A stretch of 64,000 nt of DNA from Patescibacteria group bacterium (GTDB lineage: Bacteria > Patescibacteriota > Patescibacteriia > UBA1558 > UBA10009): contig JBAZSE010000001.1 in the NCBI GenBank assembly GCA_041662565.1, positions 129,084 to 193,083 of the forward strand. The letters are read 5' to 3'. The position numbers and the translations under genes are program-made. Shown here in pieces: positions 1 to 10,785 of this stretch. Each line of letters begins with the position of its first letter. Within the stretch, counting starts at the first letter, position 1. Under the pieces are notes generated by a model that worked only from the letters and a program-made list of their open reading frames with translations, made no database searches and was not told the DNA's origin.

Positions 1-1
1 T

Positions 2-3000
2 GCCGCCGAGTTAGCTAAAAGCGGGCCTGTTGCCGAAACCGTTAGTACCGGAGATATTGTAGCCGATTCTATTGGTATTTTTACCAATACCTTGGCTTCC
101 AAATTATTAAAACAATTATTTGATAAGGGCTTAACCAGCGGCAAACGTGCCCAAAGCACCCTAACCTTTAACTGGGTTAACACTCAAGTTGCCCGAACCC
201 AAGCCACTTCGGTTTTTGCCAATTTAGCCGAGGTTAGTTATTCTTCGGGCCAAGAACGGTTGTTGGAGCCGTTAAGCACTTGCCAAAATCCTTATAACCC
301 CGGCCCTACCGAGTGTGTTTTTAGCCCAAAGCTGGTTGGTGCTATTGAACAGGGTTTAACGGTTAAGGAGGCCTTAGCCAAGGGCCAACTTAGAGCAGCA
401 GGTTTGGTTGGCTACAAAAGCAACGGCAATTTAAGTTGGTTGGATGATTACCCCTACCGTTCGTTGTTAATTATGAGAATCCAGCGGATTTTGCCGGTTG
501 GCTGGGAGCAGGCCGCATTGTATAACCAAAAAGTTTTTAAAGAAGTAACGTTGGGTCAAATTGTAGATTGTTTTGAAGATCCTGCTGATCCGGAAAATCC
601 TAAAAAACCAACCGGTTGTAGGCAGGATATAAATGGCGATAGCTTTATAAATGAAGAGGATTTTAATCCCTATTTTCATTTAATTGATCCTAATTGGGTT
701 TTAAAGGCGCCGGAAAGTTATTGCGTTAAAAAGAGTTTTGGGCCAAACATTGTTAGCAGTGCCAGTGAATGTTTGGAAGATAACGTGGCTGAAACCAGAG
801 ATCCTAATAACAATAATGAGCTTGTTGAAGGACCGGCTTGCGAAACAACTTTGAGCAACCCCGATAAGCCGGTGCAAACCGTAGTCAGGGGTGATGAATA
901 CTGTGCTGACCGTAAAACTTGTTTGGAAGATGATGCTTCCGGCAACTGTACTTCCGGCGAATACGGCTACTGTGTTAAAGAAAAAGAGGTATGGCGTTTC
1001 CCCGGCGGAGAAAGTTGTCAGCCCTACTATAATACCTGCGAAACCTTAAGCAGAAATGCGGACAGTAAAAGTTTTTCTTACTTAAGAAATACGCTTAAAG
1101 AATGTTCTGCTGGCGCTGCCGGCTGTTTATGGTATTCCACTAATCAAACCAAGGCCTCGGGCTCTTGGCAATGGCAAGATGAGGCCAGGGTTTATTTAAA
1201 TGAAAAGGCCTTAAATTGCGGAGCCAATGAAGTTGGCTGTACCCAATTAACCGTTCTTAAGCCCGGCGTTAATACTATATTTAACGGCGATTTTGGTTCT
1301 AGCGAAAATAATTTAACCCCCGATGGCTGGCAAGGAACTAATGGTTGCGCTATTGTTTTGGATTCCGAAGGGAAAAATAATAATGGCTTAAAAATTACGG
1401 CTGCTGGCAATTCTTGTTCGGCTTCAACCATCGGTTTTATCCCGCTTAATTCCAGATTTGGTTATACTTTTGTAGTTTCTTTTAAATCCCCTGATCAAGC
1501 AACAGCGGGGGCCAGTTTGAATTTTTATGAACGCGCCGCAGACAATTCTTTAATCAATAACGCCACTCAAGCCATGAATTTGCCGGACGTAACCGGCCAA
1601 TGGCAAACATACAGTGGAGTTGTTAGTAATATTCCCAGCAACGCCAATTTTGTTAAAGTTAATTTAACAGCCACTGGCAATGGCGATTTGTTTTATGATG
1701 AGGCGCAATTGATCATTAGCCAATCGCCGATTGTTAAGGATCAAGAAATTAATTTTAGCGTTGACCCATCAAGATACCAAATTGATTACAGCCATGATGA
1801 TTCGTATGCCAGAACATTTTTAAAAACCCCGCCCGATTATTTGGCCTGCGAGGGCTATAACCAAGTAGAAAGGCGTTTTGCCACTCAAGAGGCCTGTGAA
1901 ACAAATAGAAAAGTTTGGCGCCAAGATATTAAATTATGCGTTAGCAGCGGCAGCACAAACTGTAATAATTACGCGGCAGTTTGCCAAGCTCAAGAAATCG
2001 GCTGCCAAGGTTATAAGCCCTTAAGTGGCGATCCGGAGGTTTCGGCCGTAGCCGGTGAGGGCGATGTTTGCCCGGCGGTCTGTGTTGGTTTTGAAAGTTT
2101 TTTGCAACAACCCAACTATTTTGATGTGGCCGAAAATGCCAATGTTCAAGCCAGCTACCAAAACTTTATTCCCAATACGGCTGCTGTTTGTTCGGCTAAC
2201 AATAACGGCTGTGAACAGTTTACCAATTTGGACGAAGTAGCCAAAGGCGGCGAGGGCATTGAATACTTTAAGCAGTTTAGACAATGTGTTTCTCCTAATA
2301 ACGCTAACATTAAAACCTATTATACTTGGGAGGGTTCCGATACCACGGGTTATCAGTTAAAGAAATGGGAATTTTTAGGTAGCAGTGTTGATGAGGGCCC
2401 TTGTACCAATATTGGCATGAACAGCGAAGAATGTACGGATACGCAGGATAATATGTTTAGATGCACCCAGGCCGATATTGATAATGGTATTTCGGATTGC
2501 CGGCATTTCTTTAATAAAGATAATGAACCATTCTTTGTTTTGGAAAGCAAGGCCATTACCGCTTCGGTTTCGTGCAGGCCATACCGCCGAACCTCAACCG
2601 GCCAGGTTTATAATGCCGATCCTCGGCCGGGTGATACTTGCCCCGCGGCCGCTAACAACTGCCGTGAGTACAGCGGTAATAGAGGCAACAATGTTAAAAC
2701 CATTTTAACCGATACTTTTGAAAAGAAAACTTTGGGCGATTGGGAAAATATTGTTGGTTCTACTTATGGTTTAATTCCTTCCAACGAAGCGATTTATCAA
2801 GGCGGACATTCTATGCTGGTGGCCACGCCAAACGCCGCTGTTTACTATCCATTAAATAATAAATTGGTTTCTGGACATGAATATTTATTAAGCTTTTGGG
2901 CTAAAAAAGCCAATGGTTCCAAGGTATCGCCAAAAAATAATAATCCGCAGGGCCAAACTGTTGATCTTTTAAATTTCTCTTTAACTAATGATAATTTAAC

Positions 3001-6000
3001 CAATGATTGGACATTATATACTGTTGGCCCGATTTTGTTTACCTCAAATGGCGCCAATCTTGCCAAATTAAAATTCTCCATTGAAGGATTAGGTAATGAT
3101 GAAGTTTATTATTTGGATAATGTTGTCTTAAAAGAATTTACCAACAGCTTTTACGTTATTAAGGATTCTTGGGAAACCGAGCAGGTTTGTAATGATCCAT
3201 ACCCGGGCGCTTACCTTGGGTGCCAGGCCTACACCGATAGGCAAGGCCAGAGCAATAACTACTTTAAGGGCTTTGCCAACTTATGTTCTCCGGCCGCCAT
3301 TGGCTGTGAGGCCTTTATAGATACTCAAAACAATAGCAATTACCAAGCCAGCCATTTATACAGAGTAAACGACCAAGATATTGTTACAGTGGCTAACGAT
3401 CGATTGGTTTACTTGGTTAATGATGTTACCAAGCAATGCAGCGCCGAAAAACAGGGCTGTTCGCTATTAGGTAAACCAACGTTGGATAGGCAAGAAAGTG
3501 AAGCAGGAACAGTTGTTGGTTATAATGATATTTACAAAATTAATAATCCCGATTCATATAGTGCGCATCTTTGCAGTGAGAGCGGATTATTCTGTACAAC
3601 CTTTAAAGGTGAAACCGGCGCTAGCAACCGGTACTATTATGATCCCGAGGCCTTAAGTGGCAATGGCGCCAATATGGTGCAAAGTTGTTACTACGCCAAT
3701 GGCCATTGGTATAAGAGCGGCAGTACCGGAGGCAATGCCGAGCCCTGCCCTGGTTCTTATAACTTCCATATGCTGGCTTCAAACCAAGAGGGCTATAGCA
3801 ACTGGGTCGGGGTTTGCCCGGCCAATCAATCAACTTGTACCGAATTTAGGGATCCCAGCGCATCAATCAACGAAGAAGTTAAACAGTGTGACGCGCAAAT
3901 TTCACCTACCATGTTGGGCACTTGTGTTGTTGGCCAAAATGGAGCGGAAGAACAAAACAATGATGACTATTGCAGTTTGAGCATTAATGGAGTGCGCCAT
4001 AAAGTTTGTAAATTAAATGGTGCTGATCGATGCGCCTACACGGCCAGCGATTGGACGTGTTTGAGCGAGCCAGCCCAGTATAATGATCAGGGTCAGCTTG
4101 AAGCTGGTACTGGCAATTGCCAGGTTAACAACCAAAAAGTTTGTTTTATTCCTTCGGGCAATACCACATCCTGTACCTATTCATTATTATGCAGTTCGGA
4201 TTCTTATTATTATCTGCATAATTCTTTGGATACCACGGCCACCTGCAATACAGTGGATAGGGAAGCGGGTTGTTTACTATTTAACGATACCTTAAACGGC
4301 AATTTAAGTTATAGCAATAAGGGCTCTAATGATGGCGCCGAAGCGAGCGGTTGCGATGCTTGGGAAAATTTTGGTTCAAACAGATATTGCGATGCCAATA
4401 AAATTATTAAAGTTAAAAAAGATAGGCAGTGCGGCGAGTGGCTGGAATGCAAAACCGGTTTTGAACAGCCCAAAGTGGGCAAGAGCGGAGAAAAAGAATT
4501 TGTTTGTTTGGATTTATACCGCTGTTCGCAAAAAGGAACCGGTGATAGGGATTGCGTTAAAATTATTTCCCAAGCAGGCGCTGATACATCTATATATACC
4601 TTACCGGCCGATATTGATAAAATCCGCAACTTATCCGGCTATAGCCATCCGGGCTTAAAATGGAACGATAACATTCAAACAGTTGGCTATGCTTCACCCG
4701 AGGCCATGACCCAAAAAGGCCAGCCCTTGGAAGTGGTTAATGGCGGTTTTGAAACCTACCTTGGCGGTGATCTTTCTAAGCCGGAAGGTTGGAAAACATC
4801 TCATAGGAATGAGGATGAAATTAATTCCAGCTATATTAGTAATGCCTGTTCGGCAAGTTTGGATCAAGATTCTGGCAATGTCCATTCGGGACGATATAGT
4901 TTGCGCTTAAGTTTAATCAGTTTACAGCATCCTGACGGCAATGACGGCAATGTTTATTGCGATTTTAGATCCGATGCCGGTGAAGATAAGTATTATCAGA
5001 TAATAGACAGTAGCAATTATAATTTGTCTTTTTGGGCAAAGAGTGAAAATAATGCCCAAGCAGCGGCTGTAACTTTGGCGTTTTACAATAATAGCAGGTA
5101 TCTTGGAGGTGATGATTTGCGTTTGGATATTATGCCTTCTACCAAATGGCAAAAGTATGTTATCAGTTACGGTAATCTTACTCGTCCGATTCCCAATAGC
5201 GCTAATCAGGCCAGGATCTTCTTTTACAATTATGCCGGCCCGAATTTTAGTGGTGTTTCTAACGGCTCAATTTGGTTTGATGATTTTGCCATAGAACCGG
5301 TGTTGGTTTTGGATGAACGCAATAACATTTCCGTTGCCAAAGATTGCCGCTTGTATCCAACCGAAGAAGCCCCCGCTTGTTCGTATCAAGGTTTATCCAG
5401 CAAATACGAGGGCTGGCAAGGTTATTGCTTAGAGCCGGATCCGGCCAATGCCGAACAATGTTTGCAATGGTATCCTGTTGATTCTTTAATGGGTGATCGC
5501 TTAAGCGTTTTTAGCACCCAAAGCACCATTAGTTACACCGATAGGTCGCCTTTATATTATTGCGCCCAAACAGCGGGGATGTATAATTTTGCTCCTGATT
5601 TACAGGGGAATTATTTAGGTACCGTGGGTTATAAATATCAGCCAATAGTAAATATACAACAAGGCGGTCCTCATGACCAATGTAATGATAATCATGCACT
5701 AGATGGCGGTATGGGGAGTAATTTGAGAATTTGTGTAGATAATGATGCTGATCCAGCTAATAGTAATTTTCCTGTATGGTCGAATTCATGTGGTAGTAAA
5801 GATTCCTCTTTTTGTAACGTAAATCAGCAAGTTTGTGAAGATCAAAATCATATTAATTATTGTAAAGTGAAGGAATCGCAAGGTTGTAAAGATGTTTGTC
5901 CCACGTTAACTCAGGAGGCATGTAGTGCGCATAGGGGATGTGTTTGGAATTATAGTTGTATACGAGTGGAAGACGCAAATCATCATGCATGTATTAATGC

Positions 6001-7657
6001 GCAAAATCAAAACACCTGCGATTATAATTGGCAATACGATGGTTGTGGTTGGGATCAGCCATGTGAATCAAAAACAACAAACGCGATTTGTAGTTCTTTG
6101 AGTCCTAGTCAATGTTTGGCTCCTTGTGTATTTACTAAAACTATAGATAATGGCAACAGCTCTTATTTGTATACTATTCATGATTGGTTAACTTTGGACG
6201 AAATAGGTGCCATTAAATTAGAAATAACTGGAAATTCGGGTAGTGATTTTGGCACAGGCGTTTATTTTAGCGATGTTACGGATCAATTAGATTCAGTGAC
6301 CGCATGGGGCGGTTTTAAGCCGGAAGACCTAAGTAAATATAAAAAAGTTTTTAATGCTTATGATAATTCAACGGGTCAAGGTGGCTATTCAATATTTTTC
6401 TCTTTTGATGAGGACCCTGGAACAAATAATTTGCGTTTACAAAGAGTAGATGTTACGGCGGGTGATTCAGACCAATTCGGAGGTTTTAGTGGCAAATTAT
6501 ATTTTTATTTAAAAGAACAATGCTCCTTAATCGCCCAAGTAGTTAAAACTGAAGGCAATGTGGTAAAAGAAAAAACCTGGCTCGGGCGTTTTAGCGCTTG
6601 GACGGATATGGCCAGCAACGTTTTGGGCTTAAATAAAAAAATCGATCAATCTCCTTACGGCAGTTTTTACGCGCCCAAAAACACCACGCCCGATTATTGG
6701 AGCGAGTTAGGGGCAAATGGTCGTAAAGATGCTCCGGTGTATATTTATAATGGTGGAAGCTTTGATTTTGGCCCTGGCACCCCGCTGGCTTGGTCGGTGC
6801 CCGAAAGATCGGCTTTTATAGCCGGAACGCCTGGTAGAATCTGTGCCTCTTCGGAAAATAAAAGCTTAATTGGCAAAGAATGTAGAACCTCCAGTGATTG
6901 CGGAACCAATGGCGTTTGTAGCGGTATTGGCAAGTATTGCTATAGTGCTCAAGGTATTACCAATGGCAAGGCCTGTAATGGTGATAATGATTGTTCCGTA
7001 ACACAAGGATTTAGATGTGAGAATCCGGAAAATTTGGTCGCTGCGCCGACGCAGAATATGAGCTCGGAAGCTGTAGCTATAAGCCGACTGCAACAATTAT
7101 TTGCCAAGGTTTATGGCGTGTGGCAATGGGATCAAAATGAAGGAATCTATAAAACGTTGGAGATGGATAATTTGGATATTAGCCCCAATAAGCCTGGCGG
7201 CTGGGCTGGTTCTGATTGGCCAAAAGTTGATTCAGCTATTATTACCGATAATATTCTTAATGCCCCGGGCGGCAAAGTAGAACTTAATTTTACCGCCAAT
7301 GGCAGTGTTGATCAGTTGCCTATTGATGGCATTTGGATAAACTGGAATGATGGCAATGTAGATTACTTTAAAGGGCCTTTGGGATATAAGCCCAGCGTTA
7401 GTTCGCCTTATAAGGCCTACCATGTTTATACTTGCCAAACCAATGATCGGGGCGATAGGTGTGTTGCTTGTCTTGGTGCAGGTACTTTAGATGACGGTAG
7501 TTGTTCTTACCCGGCACCAGTGATAACTTTCAAAGATCATTGGGGTTGGTGTTCTTATAATAGTTTTCGAGGCCAGGCCTATGTTGATCAAGGGGTCTGT
7601 AATTCGTTGTTCGGCAAGCAAGCGGATAAAAGCGTTACTATTCAACGTATTCAATAA
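2..7657 (+). CDS. Giant (>2550 aa, 5'-truncated) Cys-rich extracellular protein with carbohydrate-binding (CBM4/9-like) modules
   Basis: The frame is open from base 2 (AAELAKSGPVAETVSTGDIVADSIGIFTNTL-ASKLL), so the TTG at 92 is not the true start. Many Cys clusters and three galactose-binding-like modules (NTIFNGDF..., TDTFE...YLLSFWAK...YLDNV, VVNGGFE...YNLSFWAKS...WFDDF). Confidence 0.7.
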   Translation, partial: AAELAKSGPVAETVSTGDIVADSIGIFTNTLASKLLKQLFDKGLTSGKRAQSTLTFNWVNTQVARTQATSVFANLAEVSYSSGQERLLEPLSTCQNPYNPGPTECVFSPKLVGAIEQGLTVKEALAKGQLRAAGLVGYKSNGNLSWLDDYPYRSLLIMRIQRILPVGWEQAALYNQKVFKEVTLGQIVDCFEDPADPENPKKPTGCRQDINGDSFINEEDFNPYFHLIDPNWVLKAPESYCVKKSFGPNIVSSASECLEDNVAETRDPNNNNELVEGPACETTLSNPDKPVQTVVRGDEYCADRKTCLEDDASGNCTSGEYGYCVKEKEVWRFPGGESCQPYYNTCETLSRNADSKSFSYLRNTLKECSAGAAGCLWYSTNQTKASGSWQWQDEARVYLNEKALNCGANEVGCTQLTVLKPGVNTIFNGDFGSSENNLTPDGWQGTNGCAIVLDSEGKNNNGLKITAAGNSCSASTIGFIPLNSRFGYTFVVSFKSPDQATAGASLNFYERAADNSLINNATQAMNLPDVTGQWQTYSGVVSNIPSNANFVKVNLTATGNGDLFYDEAQLIISQSPIVKDQEINFSVDPSRYQIDYSHDDSYARTFLKTPPDYLACEGYNQVERRFATQEACETNRKVWRQDIKLCVSSGSTNCNNYAAVCQAQEIGCQGYKPLSGDPEVSAVAGEGDVCPAVCVGFESFLQQPNYFDVAENANVQASYQNFIPNTAAVCSANNNGCEQFTNLDEVAKGGEGIEYFKQFRQCVSPNNANIKTYYTWEGSDTTGYQLKKWEFLGSSVDEGPCTNIGMNSEECTDTQDNMFRCTQADIDNGISDCRHFFNKDNEPFFVLESKAITASVSCRPYRRTSTGQVYNADPRPGDTCPAAANNCREYSGNRGNNVKTILTDTFEKKTLGDWENIVGSTYGLIPSNEAIYQGGHSMLVATPNAAVYYPLNNKLVSGHEYLLSFWAKKANGSKVSPKNNNPQGQTVDLLNFSLTNDNLTNDWTLYTVGPILFTSNGANLAKLKFSIEGLGNDEVYYLDNVVLKEFTNSFYVIKDSWETEQVCNDPYPGAYLGCQAYTDRQGQSNNYFKGFANLCSPAAIGCEAFIDTQNNSNYQASHLYRVNDQDIVTVANDRLVYLVNDVTKQCSAEKQGCSLLGKPTLDRQESEAGTVVGYNDIYKINNPDSYSAHLCSESGLFCTTFKGETGASNRYYYDPEALSGNGANMVQSCYYANGHWYKSGSTGGNAEPCPGSYNFHMLASNQEGYSNWVGVCPANQSTCTEFRDPSASINEEVKQCDAQISPTMLGTCVVGQNGAEEQNNDDYCSLSINGVRHKVCKLNGADRCAYTASDWTCLSEPAQYNDQGQLEAGTGNCQVNNQKVCFIPSGNTTSCTYSLLCSSDSYYYLHNSLDTTATCNTVDREAGCLLFNDTLNGNLSYSNKGSNDGAEASGCDAWENFGSNRYCDANKIIKVKKDRQCGEWLECKTGFEQPKVGKSGEKEFVCLDLYRCSQKGTGDRDCVKIISQAGADTSIYTLPADIDKIRNLSGYSHPGLKWNDNIQTVGYASPEAMTQKGQPLEVVNGGFETYLGGDLSKPEGWKTSHRNEDEINSSYISNACSASLDQDSGNVHSGRYSLRLSLISLQHPDGNDGNVYCDFRSDAGEDKYYQIIDSSNYNLSFWAKSENNAQAAAVTLAFYNNSRYLGGDDLRLDIMPSTKWQKYVISYGNLTRPIPNSANQARIFFYNYAGPNFSGVSNGSIWFDDFAIEPVLVLDERNNISVAKDCRLYPTEEAPACSYQGLSSKYEGWQGYCLEPDPANAEQCLQWYPVDSLMGDRLSVFSTQSTISYTDRSPLYYCAQTAGMYNFAPDLQGNYLGTVGYKYQPIVNIQQGGPHDQCNDNHALDGGMGSNLRICVDNDADPANSNFPVWSNSCGSKDSSFCNVNQQVCEDQNHINYCKVKESQGCKDVCPTLTQEACSAHRGCVWNYSCIRVEDANHHACINAQNQNTCDYNWQYDGCGWDQPCESKTTNAICSSLSPSQCLAPCVFTKTIDNGNSSYLYTIHDWLTLDEIGAIKLEITGNSGSDFGTGVYFSDVTDQLDSVTAWGGFKPEDLSKYKKVFNAYDNSTGQGGYSIFFSFDEDPGTNNLRLQRVDVTAGDSDQFGGFSGKLYFYLKEQCSLIAQVVKTEGNVVKEKTWLGRFSAWTDMASNVLGLNKKIDQSPYGSFYAPKNTTPDYWSELGANGRKDAPVYIYNGGSFDFGPGTPLAWSVPERSAFIAGTPGRICASSENKSLIGKECRTSSDCGTNGVCSGIGKYCYSAQGITNGKACNGDNDCSVTQGFRCENPENLVAAPTQNMSSEAVAISRLQQLFAKVYGVWQWDQNEGIYKTLEMDNLDISPNKPGGWAGSDWPKVDSAIITDNILNAPGGKVELNFTANGSVDQLPIDGIWINWNDGNVDYFKGPLGYKPSVSSPYKAYHVYTCQTNDRGDRCVACLGAGTLDDGSCSYPAPVITFKDHWGWCSYNSFRGQAYVDQGVCNSLFGKQADKSVTIQRIQ

Positions 7658-7659
7658 AA

Positions 7660-10600
7660 ATGCCTAATCGTTTTTACAACTTAATTAAAAAAAGTAAAAA
7701 ATGGCCATATATTACGGGCGTGGCGCTATTTTTGCTGATCATTTTGTTATTACCCAATTCAGCAGGCGCGGAAAGTAATGTTATCATGGGTACCTTAATT
7801 TCGTGGGTTGGTTCGGCCATGCTGTTGTTGATTAATTTTTTGGGCACTTGGTTATTGTTGCCATTAATCAATTTGGTTATTTGGATATTCAGTTATAACA
7901 GCTTTTTAACTTCCAATGCCGTGGTGGTTGGCTGGCCCTTGGTTAGGGATTTATCCAATATGTTTTTTGTGGTGATTTTACTATTTATCGCATTTGCCAC
8001 CATTTTAAACATTTCCAATTACAGCTACAAAAATACTTTTTTTAAACTGATCTTAATGGCCATTTTGGTTAATTTTTCCAAAACCATCATGGGCTTTTTT
8101 ATCGATTTTTCGCAAGTGATAATGCTCACATTTGTGAGTGCTTTTAGGGATGCGGCTGCTGTTAATTTGATCCACGCTTTTGGCATTAGGGATATTTTAA
8201 AACTAAACGTTAATGGCGGGGATTTTAGCAATACTCACGCTATTGGCGTGGTAATTTTGGCGGTTATTTTACTAGTGGTAGCCATTGGCTTAATGTTGGC
8301 TTTTGCCGTTATCCTGTTGTGGCGCATTTTAACTTTATGGGTTTTAATTATTTTATCGCCCTTGGCCTTTTTACTTTCTTCCATTCCGGCTGGGCAAAAA
8401 TACGCTTCCGAAATCTGGAGCAAGTTTACCGAACAGCTCGTAACTGGTATTGCTTTGGCATTTTTTACCTGGCTGTTTTTTACCGTTTTAGCCGCCGGAT
8501 ACAGCACGGATCAGCAAAAAATTGATAATAACAGCGTTTTAACCGGCAGTAATCCGGGTGCTGGCCTTACTTCTGACAAAACAGCTTCAATTGCCGGTAC
8601 TGCTCCGATTTCCAATGATGTTGATTGGGAACGCCTGTATACTTTTATCGTAGCTATTGCGTTGTTGTTTTTGGCTTTAGAATACGCCCAAAAAGCCGGT
8701 GGGCATGCGGGCAGTATGGCGGGGAAGATTTCTGGGCACATGTCAAAGATTGGAGCAAAGACGGCTGGCGGTTTTGGTTTGGTTGGGTTAGGAGCGAGAT
8801 CTTTGCCGAAAAAATTTGATCAAGGATTAGTAAGATTTCAAAAAAGCGGAGTTTTGAAAAGATTTGGAATGAAAGGGTTGGGCACCAAGCTTCAAGAAAG
8901 ACCTATTTCTTTAAGACCAACTGTTATTAAAGAAGCGATTGCTAGATATACCAAAGAAAGGGAAAGCCAATATTACACAGGTGTTGCCGAAGGCATGACC
9001 GATAATTTGCTCAAACAATTTGCCGGCAGAAAATCTGATTACGCCGGCATAGCTTATGATTCCAGAGTTAAAGAAAAGGCCCATGAAATAGGTTTGGGAG
9101 GTGAAACTCAGGAGCAGATGAGGGCTTATTTAAAAGAAGATCATTTAGAAAAATATGAAGGAACAGATCAGGACGGCAATAGGGTAACAAAGTATAAGGT
9201 TAAACAAGGTCATGAGGTTGAGGCAGAAGCCATCTTAGAAATTATGACCAAAAATCATGATCTTAATGAAATTTTTAAGGATCAAGATATAGGAGCTGCT
9301 TACAACAATGAATATTCAGCCATTAATGTTAGAGATTTGATTATGGATTTATTTCATGATCAAGGGCATGAGTTTGCCGGCAGGGTAGCAAAAGATGTTG
9401 GTATAGTTGGTTTTGAAAATAAAGATGCTCATTTGTATGGCATGGGTTCAAAAAATGTTAAAACTGGAGAATTTGAAGTTTTTCAGGAAACAACTAGAAA
9501 TGAAGAGGGTGATGAGAGTATTGTAAAAAAAGTTTTTGGCATTAATAAAAAAGAGAATCCGGAGGAATTTAGGAAGAAAATGGATTATGTAAAAGATTTG
9601 CGGCAGCGAGGTGCTCAAGGTGATAAATCGGCTGAAAAGGAATACAGAGGTTTGGTTAGGGATGAATGGAGTGTTTCTCAGGGTGCATTGGCTACCGCTT
9701 TTATGCTTAAAAAAGGTGGCCGCGCCGGATTGGGCAAAATTACTGCTCAGAATATCGTTGATGAAGGAGTTGTTCATGATGAACAGGGTAATGTTCAGGT
9801 TGGCGAAGACGGTGAAACCAGCCGTAGTTTCTTAACTTATAATTTGAATGAAACCGGCAGAGGAATAATTGAAAAAATGGCCGGTGTTATGACTAAAGAA
9901 TTTTCTCATATTATTGATGAAACCAAAATCTATGGTATAAACCCTGCTCTTGATACAATTTTAAAATTTGCCGAAGCCCAAACTTTAGCTTCTGAAAGAG
10001 CTAAGATTATGGATTTTGTGGCCAAAGTCGCTGGTATGGGAGAAAAGGTGCCTAGTGACATTAACGGTGTTAAAATTGATTCATCTCTAATTAAAAAACA
10101 AAGTAATGATTATCTTCAAGATGAGGGCTATAAAAAATTTAAGGAGCAGATTGTTAGGGTTTCCCAGGAATCAAGGTTAATTTCTCAGGGTGATGCGCGG
10201 CATGCAAGAATTGATGAACAAGACGGCAAATGGAAAAGAGATAGGTATTCAGTATTTGCAGAATATGAAAATGAAGATTTAACGCATAAGGCAAATGGTT
10301 CTAATCAGGAGCAATCGAGTTCCAATGCACCATCTACAAATCAGCCAACTATTCAGGCCGCCGTCTTTCAGCCACAATTAGCGAGATTAGATCAGATTAA
10401 TCAAAGATTAGCCACAATAGCTGATAAAATCGGTCAGCCGCCAATTGACGCAGAACGAGCAATTTTGCTTAATGAAAAGAACGGTTTAGAAAAACAAACT
10501 TCTATTTCCGTAACTTCAAATTTGATTAATAATATTATCAGCGGTAATCCTTCCACTTACGGGCCCAATTGGATGAAAGATCGGGCGACCAGGGATTTAT

Positions 10601-10782
10601 TTATCAGGACTTTAGACGAACATTTGCAGCCGATTAAAGATGAGGATGTAAGATTGCATGAAATTACCATGCGCCATCTCCAGGAGAGTTTTAGCACGCT
10701 TGATGACAGGTTTAAGAATTTGATTAATAATGAGGATGCTATGGTTAAATTTATCACTGAGCATAAAAGTGAAAAAAAATAA
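7660..10782 (+). CDS. TrbL/VirB6-like polytopic membrane protein with long hydrophilic C-terminal tail
   Basis: About 7 hydrophobic segments in the first ~345 aa (GWPLVRDLSNMFF, LILMAILVNFS, RILTLWVLIILSPLAF), typical of CPR VirB6-like proteins, followed by ~690 charged residues. Confidence 0.7.
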   Translation: MPNRFYNLIKKSKKWPYITGVALFLLIILLLPNSAGAESNVIMGTLISWVGSAMLLLINFLGTWLLLPLINLVIWIFSYNSFLTSNAVVVGWPLVRDLSNMFFVVILLFIAFATILNISNYSYKNTFFKLILMAILVNFSKTIMGFFIDFSQVIMLTFVSAFRDAAAVNLIHAFGIRDILKLNVNGGDFSNTHAIGVVILAVILLVVAIGLMLAFAVILLWRILTLWVLIILSPLAFLLSSIPAGQKYASEIWSKFTEQLVTGIALAFFTWLFFTVLAAGYSTDQQKIDNNSVLTGSNPGAGLTSDKTASIAGTAPISNDVDWERLYTFIVAIALLFLALEYAQKAGGHAGSMAGKISGHMSKIGAKTAGGFGLVGLGARSLPKKFDQGLVRFQKSGVLKRFGMKGLGTKLQERPISLRPTVIKEAIARYTKERESQYYTGVAEGMTDNLLKQFAGRKSDYAGIAYDSRVKEKAHEIGLGGETQEQMRAYLKEDHLEKYEGTDQDGNRVTKYKVKQGHEVEAEAILEIMTKNHDLNEIFKDQDIGAAYNNEYSAINVRDLIMDLFHDQGHEFAGRVAKDVGIVGFENKDAHLYGMGSKNVKTGEFEVFQETTRNEEGDESIVKKVFGINKKENPEEFRKKMDYVKDLRQRGAQGDKSAEKEYRGLVRDEWSVSQGALATAFMLKKGGRAGLGKITAQNIVDEGVVHDEQGNVQVGEDGETSRSFLTYNLNETGRGIIEKMAGVMTKEFSHIIDETKIYGINPALDTILKFAEAQTLASERAKIMDFVAKVAGMGEKVPSDINGVKIDSSLIKKQSNDYLQDEGYKKFKEQIVRVSQESRLISQGDARHARIDEQDGKWKRDRYSVFAEYENEDLTHKANGSNQEQSSSNAPSTNQPTIQAAVFQPQLARLDQINQRLATIADKIGQPPIDAERAILLNEKNGLEKQTSISVTSNLINNIISGNPSTYGPNWMKDRATRDLFIRTLDEHLQPIKDEDVRLHEITMRHLQESFSTLDDRFKNLINNEDAMVKFITEHKSEKK

Positions 10783-10785
10783 ATT

